Of a stretch of 64,000 bases of DNA, positions 48,259-57,912 are shown in pieces. Source of the DNA: Candidatus Staskawiczbacteria bacterium. GTDB lineage: Bacteria > Patescibacteriota > Minisyncoccia > Minisyncoccales > Staskawiczbacteraceae. Each line of letters opens with the position of its first letter. The first letter of the stretch is position 1. The translations under genes and the position numbers were made by a program. Below the pieces are notes generated by a model that had not been told where the DNA came from, did no database searches, and saw only the letters and a list, made by a program, of their open reading frames with translations. The stretch spans positions 82,083 to 146,082 of the forward strand of contig JAPLZF010000009.1 of NCBI GenBank assembly GCA_026395175.1. Direction: 5' to 3'.

Positions 48259-49825
48259 TTCTTTTTAGTTCTTTAGGGGTTGATATTCCCATTAATTTCA
48301 GCGCATTCTCCAAAACAATTTTTGTTGCCAATATTAAAGACAAGCGGGCTTCTGTTAATTTTTTATCTTCAGTAACAACTCTGCATTTTTCATAAAACTT
48401 ATGGAATGAATCTGCCAGTTCAATTGCATAATTTGGCAGACGTTGCAGTTGATAATCATTTGCGCTGTCTCCAATAATTTCCGGAAATCTTATTAATTGT
48501 TTTATCAATTCTAATTCACTTTGCTCTTTCAACAAATCCAAATTATTTGTTTTTGCTTTAATTTTAGATTTTGCAAAAATGCTGTTTATTCTGGCATAAG
48601 CATATTGCACTTTAAAAACCGGGTTTTTGTCTGACTTTTCTTTTGCCAAGTCCATATCAAAATTAAAATGCGTGTTTAAAGACCTTTGCAAAAAGAAAAA
48701 ACGCGCAACATCCAGGCCAACCTCGTCAATTAATTCGTCAATGGTTACATAAATTCCTGTTCTTTTAGACATGCGCACTTCTTTGCCGTTTTCAAAAAGC
48801 TTTACCAATTGCAAAACAATTGCATCAACATTTTCTTTGTTATAACCCAACGCTTGGCAAGCAGCTTTCAACCTTGCCACATAGCCGTAATGGTCTGCTC
48901 CTAAAAATATTATTAATTTGTCAAAGCCTCGCTCAAATTTATTTCTTAAATAGGCAATGTCTGAGGCAAAATAGGTTTTAACCCCATCCTCTCTTATCAA
49001 AACCCTGTCTTTGTCGTCTCCTAGTTCAGATGATTTAAACCACAAAGCGCCTTCGCTTTCGTAAGCAAAACCCTTTTTTGTGAGTTCTGCGATTGTTTTG
49101 TCCACTACGCCATTTTTATACAAAGTTGTTTCAGAAAACCAGGTATCAAATTTAATGCCCATCCTTTTCACAGACGGCTTTATCATTTTTTCTAAAATTA
49201 TCTTTCCTGCCTTTTCACCAATTTCTTCAGCTTTAAAATTGTAGGACTTCGGGAGTCCTACAATTTCTTTTCTTAAATCCTCAATATACTTTCCGGAATA
49301 AACCGCTTCTTCGTCTCCAATTACTGAATGTCCCAGCTTTGTAATTTGAGCGCCAATATCATTTATGTAATATTCTCTTGAAACTTTATATCCGGCTTTT
49401 TCTAAAACCTTTGCCAAAACATCTCCACCAAATCCGCCTCTTCCATTGCCCAGTGTCAAAGGCCCCGTGGGATTTGCAGAAATAAACTCCACATTTATTT
49501 TTTGTTTTTTCCCAATATTTGAGCTCCCAAATTTTTCCTTTCCTTTTAAAACTTTCTGCACCTGCTCTTTTAAATATTTTTCTGAAAGATAAAAATTAAT
49601 AAACCCATTTACAACTTCTATTTTAGAAAATAATTTATTTTTTTGTTTTTCTATTTCTGTTTTTATCAGCTCTGCCGTTTCGCGAGGATTTTTATTTTCT
49701 TTTTTCGCCAAAATCAACGCAACGTTGCTTGAATAATCTGCATGGCTTGAAGTTTCAACAGAAAAGTTCAGGACTTCTCCTTTAATAACTTTCTCAATTA
49801 TTTTTTTGATTTCTTCTTTTATCAT
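48245..49825 (-). CDS. argS: Arginyl-tRNA synthetase
   Basis: Class I HIGH-like SANPTGPLTLG motif and DALR anticodon-binding domain. Carries the in-frame 31-nt palindrome. Confidence 0.85.
   Translation of the reverse strand: MIKEEIKKIIEKVIKGEVLNFSVETSSHADYSSNVALILAKKENKNPRETAELIKTEIEKQKNKLFSKIEVVNGFINFYLSEKYLKEQVQKVLKGKEKFGSSNIGKKQKINVEFISANPTGPLTLGNGRGGFGGDVLAKVLEKAGYKVSREYYINDIGAQITKLGHSVIGDEEAVYSGKYIEDLRKEIVGLPKSYNFKAEEIGEKAGKIILEKMIKPSVKRMGIKFDTWFSETTLYKNGVVDKTIAELTKKGFAYESEGALWFKSSELGDDKDRVLIREDGVKTYFASDIAYLRNKFERGFDKLIIFLGADHYGYVARLKAACQALGYNKENVDAIVLQLVKLFENGKEVRMSKRTGIYVTIDELIDEVGLDVARFFFLQRSLNTHFNFDMDLAKEKSDKNPVFKVQYAYARINSIFAKSKIKAKTNNLDLLKEQSELELIKQLIRFPEIIGDSANDYQLQRLPNYAIELADSFHKFYEKCRVVTEDKKLTEARLSLILATKIVLENALKLMGISTPKELKRNEAK
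49235..49266. repeat. 31-nt palindromic element (family B), in frame in argS and encoding EIVGLPKSYNF
   Basis: aaaattgtaggacttcgggagtcctacaattt. Confidence 0.7.
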
Positions 49826-50520
49826 TGGATAATAGTGCCTACAAATGGCTTGTTATTTAAGCAATCTTCAAGGCGGTCTAAATTTTTTCCGTTAATTATA
49901 ACAACTTTCAGCTTTAATTTTGAAGCCAGCTTTGAAGCCCTTGGATCAAACGGCATTGAAAGCCCGGGGTTCCATTTGTCTCCAACAATTCTTTCAAAAC
50001 TTTTCCAATCAATTTCTTTTAATGCTTTGGCATCGGGAAACTGATTTGGGTCTTTATCATAAACATAATCAATGTTTGAAAGATTTATTATGGTTTTTAC
50101 ATTATGATTTTTTGCAATTAGCACAGCGTCGTAGTCTGTTGACCAGCCGGGTTTCCAGCCGGCTCCCACAATAACATCTTTGTTGGTTTTTACTTTTATA
50201 TTTGGGTCGGTGATAACTTTTGGATAAGCATTACCAACAAACATTTGCTTTATAACTTCAGCATTAAGCCTTGTAATGTTAATTCCAATCCAATCTCGGT
50301 CTTTGCTTTGCCCGCCAAACTCCAAAAGAGCATTTTGATAATTCCTGGCAACTTTCCCTCCCCCAACTATAATAAAAAATTTAAATCCTGAGCCTGTCGA
50401 AGGGCCGTTTCCGATATATTTTTGAAGAGTATGCTTAAAACTTTTCAAAAATCCCAGGTCAATATTATCTGGAACCACCAACGACCCACCCAATGAAATT
50501 ATAATAGTTTCTTTATTCAT
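49822..50520 (-). CDS. pyrH: UMP kinase (amino-acid kinase family, archaeal-like)
   Basis: ISLGGS ... IVGGGK.AR amino-acid-kinase motifs. Contains a family C insert (NGPSTGSGFK). Confidence 0.6.
   Translation of the reverse strand: MNKETIIISLGGSLVVPDNIDLGFLKSFKHTLQKYIGNGPSTGSGFKFFIIVGGGKVARNYQNALLEFGGQSKDRDWIGINITRLNAEVIKQMFVGNAYPKVITDPNIKVKTNKDVIVGAGWKPGWSTDYDAVLIAKNHNVKTIINLSNIDYVYDKDPNQFPDAKALKEIDWKSFERIVGDKWNPGLSMPFDPRASKLASKLKLKVVIINGKNLDRLEDCLNNKPFVGTIIQ
50387..50404 (+). repeat. Repeat family C copy in pyrH
   Basis: cctgagcctgtcgaaggg. Confidence 0.6.
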
Positions 50521-50568
50521 TATTTATAGTTTAGCTTATTTTACTCAAAATTTAAAGAGCTGAAAGCA

Positions 50569-50606
50569 ATAAAAAAGCCGACAGAGGTCTTTCGACATGT
50601 CGGTAT
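50569..50606 (-). terminator. Intrinsic terminator for the 91-aa gene (CCGACA-loop-TGTCGG then a T-run on the minus strand)
   Basis: Hairpin plus CTTTTTTATT in the minus-sense sequence. Confidence 0.6.
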
Positions 50607-50632
50607 AAAAGCAGTAGGTCTACTTAGTCCTA

Positions 50633-50908
50633 TTACGAGTGATGTTCTTGGCCAGCTTTGAAGGCCGCGGTCACTGCCTCATCGATGAGTCTGAATATGC
50701 TGACTTCAGGACAAGCGATAACTTCATCAAGGGCCCGTATCGCCTTGTAGGTTTTCTCGAGCTCTTCATCAAGTTCGACTTCGACAAAGCCGACGATTTT
50801 TTCGTCTGGCATTACTGCACCAAGCTCAAGCTCGGGGCTTAAACCACCCTCTCCCGTAACAATTGAAACGTAGAATTTCCCTTGAGTTTGTACTAAAGCG
50901 AGTCGCAT
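50633..50908 (-). CDS. Hypothetical 91-aa acidic protein, GC-rich self-contained module (MRLALVQTQGKFYVSIVTGEGG...)
   Basis: Perfect RBS AAAGGAGG-N5-ATG, its own promoter TTGACA-17-TACTAT, and its own terminator. Confidence 0.55.
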   Translation of the reverse strand: MRLALVQTQGKFYVSIVTGEGGLSPELELGAVMPDEKIVGFVEVELDEELEKTYKAIRALDEVIACPEVSIFRLIDEAVTAAFKAGQEHHS

Positions 50909-50962
50909 ATATCCTCCTTTGCTACTTTTTGGCGTAGCGACCTTAGTTGAAGAACTATAAAT

Positions 50963-50991
50963 ATAGTAGCATATTTTATACACCTTGTCAA
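50963..50991 (-). promoter_or_regulatory. Sigma70-like promoter (TTGACA-17-TACTAT) for the 91-aa gene
   Basis: Consensus hexamers with 17 nt spacing. Confidence 0.55.
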
Positions 50992-51034
50992 TGATAAATT
51001 TTTATGTTAGTATGATAGTATAAAAGTATAGATT

Positions 51035-51481
51035 ATGAAGATATTCAGTGAAAACAAAAAGGCGGGGTTTAACTATGAAATCCTAGAGAAGTTTGAAGCC
51101 GGGATGGTTTTGTTTGGCCAGGAAGTTAAATCAATAAAAACCGGGCACATCAATTTGTCCGGGTCTTATGTTGTTTTTAACAGGTCAGAGCCCTATTTAA
51201 CCGGCGTAAAAGTGCCTCCATACCAGCCAAACAACATTGGAGCCGACTATAATGAAGAAAGGCAAAGAAAACTTCTTTTAAACAAAAAAGAGATAGATTA
51301 TTTGGCGGGCAAGACCAAAACCAAGGGTTTTAGCTTAATACCCTTGAAAATTTATGAGAACAATGGTAGAATAAAACTCGAATTCGGGTTAGCCCGCGGA
51401 AAGAAGAAATTCGACAAAAAGGAGAAAATTAAAAAACGGGATGTCGACCGAGAGGTTAATCGCGAATTATCACGGGGATGA
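51035..51481 (+). CDS. smpB: SsrA-binding protein
   Basis: GFNYEILEKFEAGMVL..EVKS SmpB signature. Confidence 0.85.
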   Translation: MKIFSENKKAGFNYEILEKFEAGMVLFGQEVKSIKTGHINLSGSYVVFNRSEPYLTGVKVPPYQPNNIGADYNEERQRKLLLNKKEIDYLAGKTKTKGFSLIPLKIYENNGRIKLEFGLARGKKKFDKKEKIKKRDVDREVNRELSRG

Positions 51482-51827
51482 TTGTTTCGATGACTAGTTC
51501 TTTAAAACAAGGCAAGTTAAGCTTTCTCAGGGCTTATAAATCTTCTGGGAAAAAACATAATTGCTACTAATTTATTTAATAGACAACCAGCATTAGCTTT
51601 CGCTTAATGCGGCATCTCAACCATTGACTCCTAATAAATGGACCTGAGGTGTTATATTATTAGGATAGGAATTCTGAGTCCTTGGCAGATTTCCAAAATA
51701 AAAAGGATAAGATGTTAAAAATTTTGCTATTTCTTTATTTGACATCCTAAAAAACAGAACTAGCTAAACTTGTAGAATTGCTTTAGAAAACTTTTCAGAC
51801 GCGATTTCAACATCGCCATCTCCACCA
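51474..51827 (+). ncRNA. ssrA: tmRNA (SsrA); its 5' GGGGATG pairs with 3' CATCTCC-A-CCA; predicted tag ATNLFNRQPALAFA
   Basis: tRNA-like 3' end GACGCGATTTCAACATCGCCATCTCCACCA and 5' GGGGATGATTGTTTCGATGAC resemble E. coli tmRNA; the candidate tag reading frame ends in TAA; sits downstream of smpB. Confidence 0.75.
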
Positions 51828-51848
51828 TTAAATTATTAAAATAAATCA

Positions 51849-52355
51849 TTGGACAAAATATTAATCAACAATTTCATAAGGGCAAAAGAGGTTAGGGTAA
51901 TTTCTGAAACTGGAGAACAGCTGGGAGTTATGAATATATTTTCGGCAATTGATTTGGCAAAGTCAAAGGGTTTGGACTTAATTCAGGTCACAGAAAAAGT
52001 TGAGCCTCCTGTTTGCAGAATTGCAAACTACGGAAAATTTCTTTACCAGCAACAGAAAAAAGAAAAAAAAATGTCCAAACCCAGGGGTGGAGAATTAAAA
52101 GAAATAAGATTAACCTTTAAAATTTCACCGCACGACATGGAAACAAGGGCAAAACAGGCGGAAAAATTTTTAAACGAAGGAGATAAAGTAAAAATTAATA
52201 TGGCGCTTAGGGGCAGAGAAAAAGCAATGGGGCAATTTGCCACAGACAAAGTAAAATTATTTTTAGAAAAATTAAATTTATTAATACCAATTAAAACCGA
52301 GAGAGAATTAAAGCGTGAGCCCCGAGGATTCACAATGATTGTCTCTAAGCAATAA
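51849..52355 (+). CDS. infC: Translation initiation factor IF-3
   Basis: IF3 N- and C-domain pattern; infC-rpmI-rplT operon. Confidence 0.8.
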   Translation: MDKILINNFIRAKEVRVISETGEQLGVMNIFSAIDLAKSKGLDLIQVTEKVEPPVCRIANYGKFLYQQQKKEKKMSKPRGGELKEIRLTFKISPHDMETRAKQAEKFLNEGDKVKINMALRGREKAMGQFATDKVKLFLEKLNLLIPIKTERELKREPRGFTMIVSKQ

Positions 52356-52551
52356 TAAAGACATGAACAAGACAAAAAAAGCTTTAGTTAAAAGGTTCAA
52401 AATAACCAAAAACGGAAAAATTTTAAGAAGGGCAACCGGGCAAAACCATAACCGGGCAAAAAAAACCGGCGAAGCAAAAAGAAAGGGCCGAAAATGGGTT
52501 GCCTTGGCTCCAAACGAAGCAAAAAGATTAAAAAAATTCTTAACAAAATAA
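52339..52551 (+). CDS. rpmI: 50S ribosomal protein L35
   Basis: KTKKALVKRFKITKNGKILRR L35 pattern. Confidence 0.75.
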   Translation: MSLSNNKDMNKTKKALVKRFKITKNGKILRRATGQNHNRAKKTGEAKRKGRKWVALAPNEAKRLKKFLTK

Positions 52552-52552
52552 C

Positions 52553-52903
52553 ATGAGCAGAATAAAACGAGCCGTACAAGCAAGAAAACACAGAAAGCAT
52601 TTAATGAAACATGCCAAGGGTTTTCAAAACGGCAGAAAAACAAAATTCAAATTAGCAAAAGACGCGCTAAGGCATGCTTGGACTTATGCATACAGAGACA
52701 GAAAGGTAAAAAAACGAACATACAGAAATTTGTGGAACCTGCAAATAAACGCCCTATCCCGAGCAAACGGAATCACTTACAGCAGGCTGATAAACGGATT
52801 AAAAATTAAAAAAATTGAACTGGACAGGAAGGTTTTGTCAGAATTGGCAAAAGAGCACCCAGAAATTTTCATAAAAATTGTAGAAGAAGTTAAAGCCAAG
52901 TAA
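52553..52903 (+). CDS. rplT: 50S ribosomal protein L20
   Basis: MSRIKRAVQARKHRK... L20 signature. Confidence 0.85.
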   Translation: MSRIKRAVQARKHRKHLMKHAKGFQNGRKTKFKLAKDALRHAWTYAYRDRKVKKRTYRNLWNLQINALSRANGITYSRLINGLKIKKIELDRKVLSELAKEHPEIFIKIVEEVKAK

Positions 52904-52906
52904 TTT

Positions 52907-52936
52907 AAAAAACACCCGAAAGGGTGTTTTTGTTTT
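52907..52936. terminator. Intrinsic terminator (aacacccgaaagggtgtttttgtttt)
   Basis: GC hairpin plus T-run after rplT. Confidence 0.7.
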
Positions 52937-52940
52937 GTAA

Positions 52941-53408
52941 TTATTTTATAGATAAAACAAACTCATTTGCTTTTTCTAATAATTTTTTTGAATTTTTAAA
53001 TGTTGTTTTTTTAATTGCCTCTTTAATGGGCAACCACACAAAATCAATATGTTCGTCGGAAATTTTAACATCTTTTGTTTTTGTTTCTGCCAAGAAAAAA
53101 ACAACCAGTTTAAAAACCCATGGAGCTTTTTTTCTGGCTTCACCCGCCAGACCATAATTTCTCCTAAAGAAATATTTTTCCAATTCCTTAAATCCCAAAA
53201 TTATTTTTAAGTCTTTAATTCCTGTTTCCTCAAAAATCTCGCGCTTTGCGGTTTCTGTTTCGGTTTCTCCTTGTTCAACATGGCCTTTGGCAAAACCCCA
53301 TTGCCCCCTTTTCCCCTTTTCAGCCGGTGCATAATGCAAAAGTAAATAGTGCGGCACACCATTTTCCATTCTATATATTATAGCTCCTGCAGATTTTTCT
53401 TTCGGCAT
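52941..53408 (-). CDS. NUDIX hydrolase
   Basis: Nudix box GHVEQGETETETAKREIFEETG. Confidence 0.8.
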   Translation of the reverse strand: MPKEKSAGAIIYRMENGVPHYLLLHYAPAEKGKRGQWGFAKGHVEQGETETETAKREIFEETGIKDLKIILGFKELEKYFFRRNYGLAGEARKKAPWVFKLVVFFLAETKTKDVKISDEHIDFVWLPIKEAIKKTTFKNSKKLLEKANEFVLSIK

Positions 53409-55132
53409 TACTTAAAATACTTTAATAATTTTTCTACTGAATTCGTGTTTATAATATCTTCTTTCTCGGACCAGCCTCTTCGTGCTTGCGCAATTCCATA
53501 TTCCATAAAATTTAATTGCTCTTTTTGGTGAGCGTCTGTGTTTATTATCATTTTTATTCCGGCCTCTTTTGCTCTTCTAATGTAAAAACCATTCAAATCA
53601 AGCCTTTCCGGGGCAGAGTCAATTTCCAAAATTGTTCCTGTTTTTTTGGCAACTTCCAAAATTTTATCAAAGTCCATTTGGTACTCATCTCTTTTCCCAA
53701 TCAGTCTTCCTGTTGGATGCCCAAATATATCAACATTTTTATTTTGCATTGCTTTTACTATTCTTTGGGTCATTTCTTTCTTTTCCATTTTCATATTTGA
53801 ATGCACGCTGGCAATTGCATAATCCAGTTTTTCTAAAACTTCATCTTTAATATCAAGACTGCCATCTGCCATTATATTAACTTCACATCCATGCAATATG
53901 CGAAATTTCGAATTTCTAATTTTGAATTTCGAATTTAATTGTTCTATTTTTTTATTCTGGGCTAAAAGTTGTTTTTCGTTTAAGCCATGCGTTATTCCTA
54001 AAGATTTCGTATGGTCTGAAATGCCAACATATTCATATCCCATATTTATTGCCGCTTTAACCATTTCTTCAATTGAATTCTCTCCATCGGAAGCTGTTGT
54101 GTGGCAGTGCAAGTCACCTTTAATATCTTTATATCCTATTATTTTTGGCAATTCATTTTTTAAACCAGCCTCAATTTCTCCTTCATTTTCGCGAAGCTCG
54201 GGCTCAATATACGGAAGCCCAATTGCCTTATAAACGCCTTCTTCTGTCTCGCCTGCAATCTGCTTTTTCCCTTTAAATATTCCATATTCAGAAAGCTTTA
54301 AACCTTTTGAAATAGCAATTTTCCTTGTAATAATGTTATGGTCTTTGTTGCCGGTAAAATATTGCAAAGCAGACCCATAGCTTTCTTTTTTTACAACTCT
54401 CAAATCCATATCAAATCCTTCTCTTATCCTAACCGAAGCTTTTGTTCCGCCCTTGCCCCAAACTTTTTCTACTCCGTCCAACTTCACAAAAAAATCCATA
54501 ACTTTGGCAGGATTTTTAGAAACAACTAGAATGTCCACGTCCCCAATTGTTTCTTTTCTTCTTCTTACAGATCCCGCCAAGCTAATCTGGTCAACTTCTT
54601 CCAAGCTTTTTAATTTTTCCAAAACATTTCTGGCAGTAGGCAAAATTTGCCCAATTGGAAACCTGCCTTTATCTCTTTTTAAAAATTCCAAACCCTGCAA
54701 AATATTTTTTTCTGTTTTTTCTCCAAAACCAAATAGGGGAGCCACTTTGTGGGCATTAGCAACTTTTTCCAAATCCTTTAAATTTTTAACTCCCAATTTT
54801 TGATATAATATTTTTGCCTTTTTCACTCCCATCCCTTCAACCCTAACCAGCTCATCCAATTTCAACGGTAATTTTTTCTTAAAATCTTCATAATGTTTTA
54901 TTTTTCCAGTTTTTAAATATTCTTCTATGTGGTCAGCAATTGCTTTGCCAACTCCGGGAATTTCCAGCAAAGCTTTAACTCCTCCTTTTTTATAAATGTC
55001 GCCCACGTCCTCGCTCAGGCCTTCTAAAGACAAAGCTGCCCTTTGGTACGCATAGGGCTTAAAAGCCACGCCGTCGGCTTCCAAAAATCTTGCCATATCA
55101 TTGAAAACTTTAGCCAATTCCTGATTTCTCAT
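53408..55132 (-). CDS. polX: DNA polymerase X family protein with a C-terminal PHP domain
   Basis: N-terminal HhH/pol-beta-like domain, nucleotidyltransferase GDVD region, PHP histidines. Carries an in-frame heptamer-repeat insert. Confidence 0.8.
   Translation of the reverse strand: MRNQELAKVFNDMARFLEADGVAFKPYAYQRAALSLEGLSEDVGDIYKKGGVKALLEIPGVGKAIADHIEEYLKTGKIKHYEDFKKKLPLKLDELVRVEGMGVKKAKILYQKLGVKNLKDLEKVANAHKVAPLFGFGEKTEKNILQGLEFLKRDKGRFPIGQILPTARNVLEKLKSLEEVDQISLAGSVRRRKETIGDVDILVVSKNPAKVMDFFVKLDGVEKVWGKGGTKASVRIREGFDMDLRVVKKESYGSALQYFTGNKDHNIITRKIAISKGLKLSEYGIFKGKKQIAGETEEGVYKAIGLPYIEPELRENEGEIEAGLKNELPKIIGYKDIKGDLHCHTTASDGENSIEEMVKAAINMGYEYVGISDHTKSLGITHGLNEKQLLAQNKKIEQLNSKFKIRNSKFRILHGCEVNIMADGSLDIKDEVLEKLDYAIASVHSNMKMEKKEMTQRIVKAMQNKNVDIFGHPTGRLIGKRDEYQMDFDKILEVAKKTGTILEIDSAPERLDLNGFYIRRAKEAGIKMIINTDAHQKEQLNFMEYGIAQARRGWSEKEDIINTNSVEKLLKYFK
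53899..53937. repeat. Heptamer repeat family A, in frame in polX (NSKFKIRNSKFRI)
   Basis: gaaatttcgaatttctaattttgaatttcgaattt, nearly identical to the core at 6440-6465. Confidence 0.7.
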
Positions 55133-55167
55133 AAAAAAACCCGCCTGGCGGGTTTGAGCATTATATT

Positions 55168-55644
55168 CTAGCTTATTTCGTATTTTATATTCTTTATTTT
55201 GTAGGTTATTTTAGTCGGTGAAGTGACAACAATTTCGTCTCCAACTTTATGTCCCAAAAGAGCTTTACCAACTGGAGACTCATTGCTAATTTTTCCTAAA
55301 GCCGGGTTTGCTTCAAGAGTTCCAACTATGACAAATTCGTCTTTTTGGCCGTTTACAGCCACGTTAACCTTAGCTCCCAATCCAATAAATCCCTGTTTGT
55401 CTTTTGCCGGATTTTTTATTAATTCATGATGGTCTATAACGCTTTTAAGCTCGTCAATTCTTGACCTAAGAAAGCCAACATCTTCCTGAAAGCTTACAAA
55501 TTCCGGATTCAAATCTTCTGATTCCAAAATTTTTGGCGCTTCCTGTTCCAAAGATTTTTTATGCTCAAAAGCAACCAACTCTTCATATTCTTTTTTGAGC
55601 TCATATAATTTTCCCTTAGTTATATAGAAAATTTTTCCATCCAT
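55168..55644 (-). CDS. greA: Transcription elongation factor GreA
   Basis: Coiled-coil N-terminus and FKBP-like C-terminus. Confidence 0.8.
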   Translation of the reverse strand: MDGKIFYITKGKLYELKKEYEELVAFEHKKSLEQEAPKILESEDLNPEFVSFQEDVGFLRSRIDELKSVIDHHELIKNPAKDKQGFIGLGAKVNVAVNGQKDEFVIVGTLEANPALGKISNESPVGKALLGHKVGDEIVVTSPTKITYKIKNIKYEIS

Positions 55645-55694
55645 GTTATTGTTATTGTATAATAATATGCCTCATCATTTGAATTGTCAATTAT

Positions 55695-56924
55695 TTAAAA
55701 TAGAGTATTCTGGTTTTGCCCGGAGAAAATTTTAATTTTCCCATAGACGCCGTCATATCCCGGCTCAATTAAAACCTTGCCCTCGCGCATTTTAATAACC
55801 CCCTCGGCAATTTCCGGCAAAGATTTCTCTTTTATTTCCTTTTCGGTTGATTCCAATAATATTTTGAATTCGTTTCCCAAATTTTTAATTAAGTTATTAT
55901 AATGTTCAACAACTTTTTTTGAAGCAACAGGAGAACCAATTGATTCTGCAATAATTTCATTTAAAGGAATTAAACTTTTAAAGGGAATTGCATTTTTAGG
56001 CGCAAATCCTTCTGGTCTGTCGGCTAATTCTGCAACACGATTTAAAACTCCAATTACCAAAGGCTTTTTGCATATTGGGCAAATATTATTATATTTTTTT
56101 GATTGCTCGGGCTTTAAGCTTAAGTTGCACAAGCGGTGGCCGTCATAATGGTATTTTCCTTCTTCGGGAAAAAATTCAATTGTGCTTAAAAATTTGCTAT
56201 TATCTTTTGTTTTTATCGCATCAAAAACACCCATATAGCTTAACTCTGTATCAAAAACATTTGCTTCTCTGCCAAGCTTTGGAAGGGAATGCGCGTCTGA
56301 ATTTGAAATTAGAGTAATTTTATCAAGTTGCGACAGCCTCCAGTTCATTGCAGGGTCAGAAGACAACCCTGTTTCAATTGCATAAATATGTTTTGTATAT
56401 TCTTCAAAGCATTCTTCCAAAGTATCAAAACCAGATTTTGAGCCAAAAACAGAAAACCAAGGCGTCCAAGCATGAGCCGGCACCACCAAACAATTTTCGT
56501 CTGCCGACAAAACAATTTTTGCCAGTTCTTTTGCGTCTAGTCCTAAAATTGGTCTACCATCTGAGTGCAAATTTCCAATTTTATTCAATTTTTCATTTAT
56601 TTTCTCTACAGCGCTTATAGACGGAGCAAAAACTATTATATGAACCTTCCTGACTTTTCCGCCCTTTGAATAAATACAGCTAATTTCTGCGGTTAAGATA
56701 AATCTGATACCGGAATCACTTTGCGCCAGCATAAAAAGGCCGGGTTCAGCCGGCTCTAACTTTTGCTTTATTTCCTCAAACCATTTAGGATGCGTAAAAT
56801 CTCCCGTGCCCAAAACATTTATTCCTTTTATTGCTCCCCATCTGTCTAAGTTTTCCAAATCCATTAAGGGAGAGGTGGCTCTGGAATATTTTGAGTGTAT
56901 ATGAAAATCTGCAACAAACTTCAT
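55695..56924 (-). CDS. PHP-domain protein with a C4 zinc finger (endonuclease Q-like)
   Basis: N-terminal FHIHSKYSRATSP PHP motif; later Cys cluster CPICKKPL. Confidence 0.55.
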   Translation of the reverse strand: MKFVADFHIHSKYSRATSPLMDLENLDRWGAIKGINVLGTGDFTHPKWFEEIKQKLEPAEPGLFMLAQSDSGIRFILTAEISCIYSKGGKVRKVHIIVFAPSISAVEKINEKLNKIGNLHSDGRPILGLDAKELAKIVLSADENCLVVPAHAWTPWFSVFGSKSGFDTLEECFEEYTKHIYAIETGLSSDPAMNWRLSQLDKITLISNSDAHSLPKLGREANVFDTELSYMGVFDAIKTKDNSKFLSTIEFFPEEGKYHYDGHRLCNLSLKPEQSKKYNNICPICKKPLVIGVLNRVAELADRPEGFAPKNAIPFKSLIPLNEIIAESIGSPVASKKVVEHYNNLIKNLGNEFKILLESTEKEIKEKSLPEIAEGVIKMREGKVLIEPGYDGVYGKIKIFSGQNQNTLF

Positions 56925-57316
56925 TTTTTTTCAAGTTCTTTTATTAAAAAACTGACAAACTCTTTTTTGCTCATTGAAAATTTGAAAAAATCATTTTTAC
57001 CCGCTAGCTCTTTAAATTTTAAAGACGGAACAACCAAAAAATTATCTTCTATATCCTGTTTTACAATGTCAAAAGAAACAACCAATAAATAAAAATTTTC
57101 AACCGGTTTTAAATCTGCTTTTTCTACCAGCTGATTAATTTCGTCTTTTCCAAAAATATCCAGAGCTATTACTTTCTTTTTATAGTCGCCTTTCTTTTCA
57201 ACAACCAAATCATTATCTAAATTTTCGGGCTTAAAAACAACCAATCTTCCCTTGGCGTTCAAAGCAATCAAATCAATTATTTTGTTTTCAATCTTTTCCT
57301 TTGTGTTGTCTGACAT
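56921..57316 (-). CDS. Hypothetical protein
   Basis: ORF only. Confidence 0.4.
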   Translation of the reverse strand: MSDNTKEKIENKIIDLIALNAKGRLVVFKPENLDNDLVVEKKGDYKKKVIALDIFGKDEINQLVEKADLKPVENFYLLVVSFDIVKQDIEDNFLVVPSLKFKELAGKNDFFKFSMSKKEFVSFLIKELEKK

Positions 57317-57317
57317 C

Positions 57318-57623
57318 TTATATTTTATACACCTTATACCCTTCGTGAACTTTTTCATCTATCTTCATCCCCACCGAATCGCCCTTTTTTGCCGACTTCA
57401 CCTCTTTGTGGTCAATTTGCATAGAACCGGCTTTCTGCTCAAAATCAGTTTCTTGCCCACCAATTATCCTAATTTTATCTCCTTTTTTTAATGGAACGGT
57501 TAACTTAATAACTGCCACCTCAATATTGGAAAAATAATGTGTTATTTGGCCAATTAATTTTCCCTGCTTTTTAATTTTTACCATATTTTTTATTGTTTTA
57601 ATACTATTGTTATACTTTATCAA
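57318..57623 (-). CDS. Hypothetical small beta-rich protein
   Basis: ORF only. Confidence 0.4.
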   Translation of the reverse strand: MIKYNNSIKTIKNMVKIKKQGKLIGQITHYFSNIEVAVIKLTVPLKKGDKIRIIGGQETDFEQKAGSMQIDHKEVKSAKKGDSVGMKIDEKVHEGYKVYKI

Positions 57624-57877
57624 AAAATTTGCTGCAGAGCAACAAAAAACACCAGCTTTACAGCTGATGGACTTTGTTGGAGGGGGATAATAATTCCTAA
57701 CAAAAATGGATTATTTCTCGAGATAAATTCGGACAATGAATTTATGTATAATACTTATACCCTCTTCGTTAAAAACTATTATGTCCTTGAGGATAAACCT
57801 CGCACCCCCTCATAATAATTATTTTATTCTATTTTAAGCCGATGTCAAATTTTTATTCACTTTTTATCTGCAAGGGC

Positions 57878-57906
57878 TTGACACAATTTTTAGTTGGGAC
57901 TATGCT
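57878..57906 (+). promoter_or_regulatory. Sigma70-like promoter (TTGACA-17-TATGCT) driving a GC-rich orphan transcript
   Basis: Consensus -35, 17 nt spacer, near-consensus -10. Confidence 0.55.
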
Positions 57907-57912
57907 TAAATA

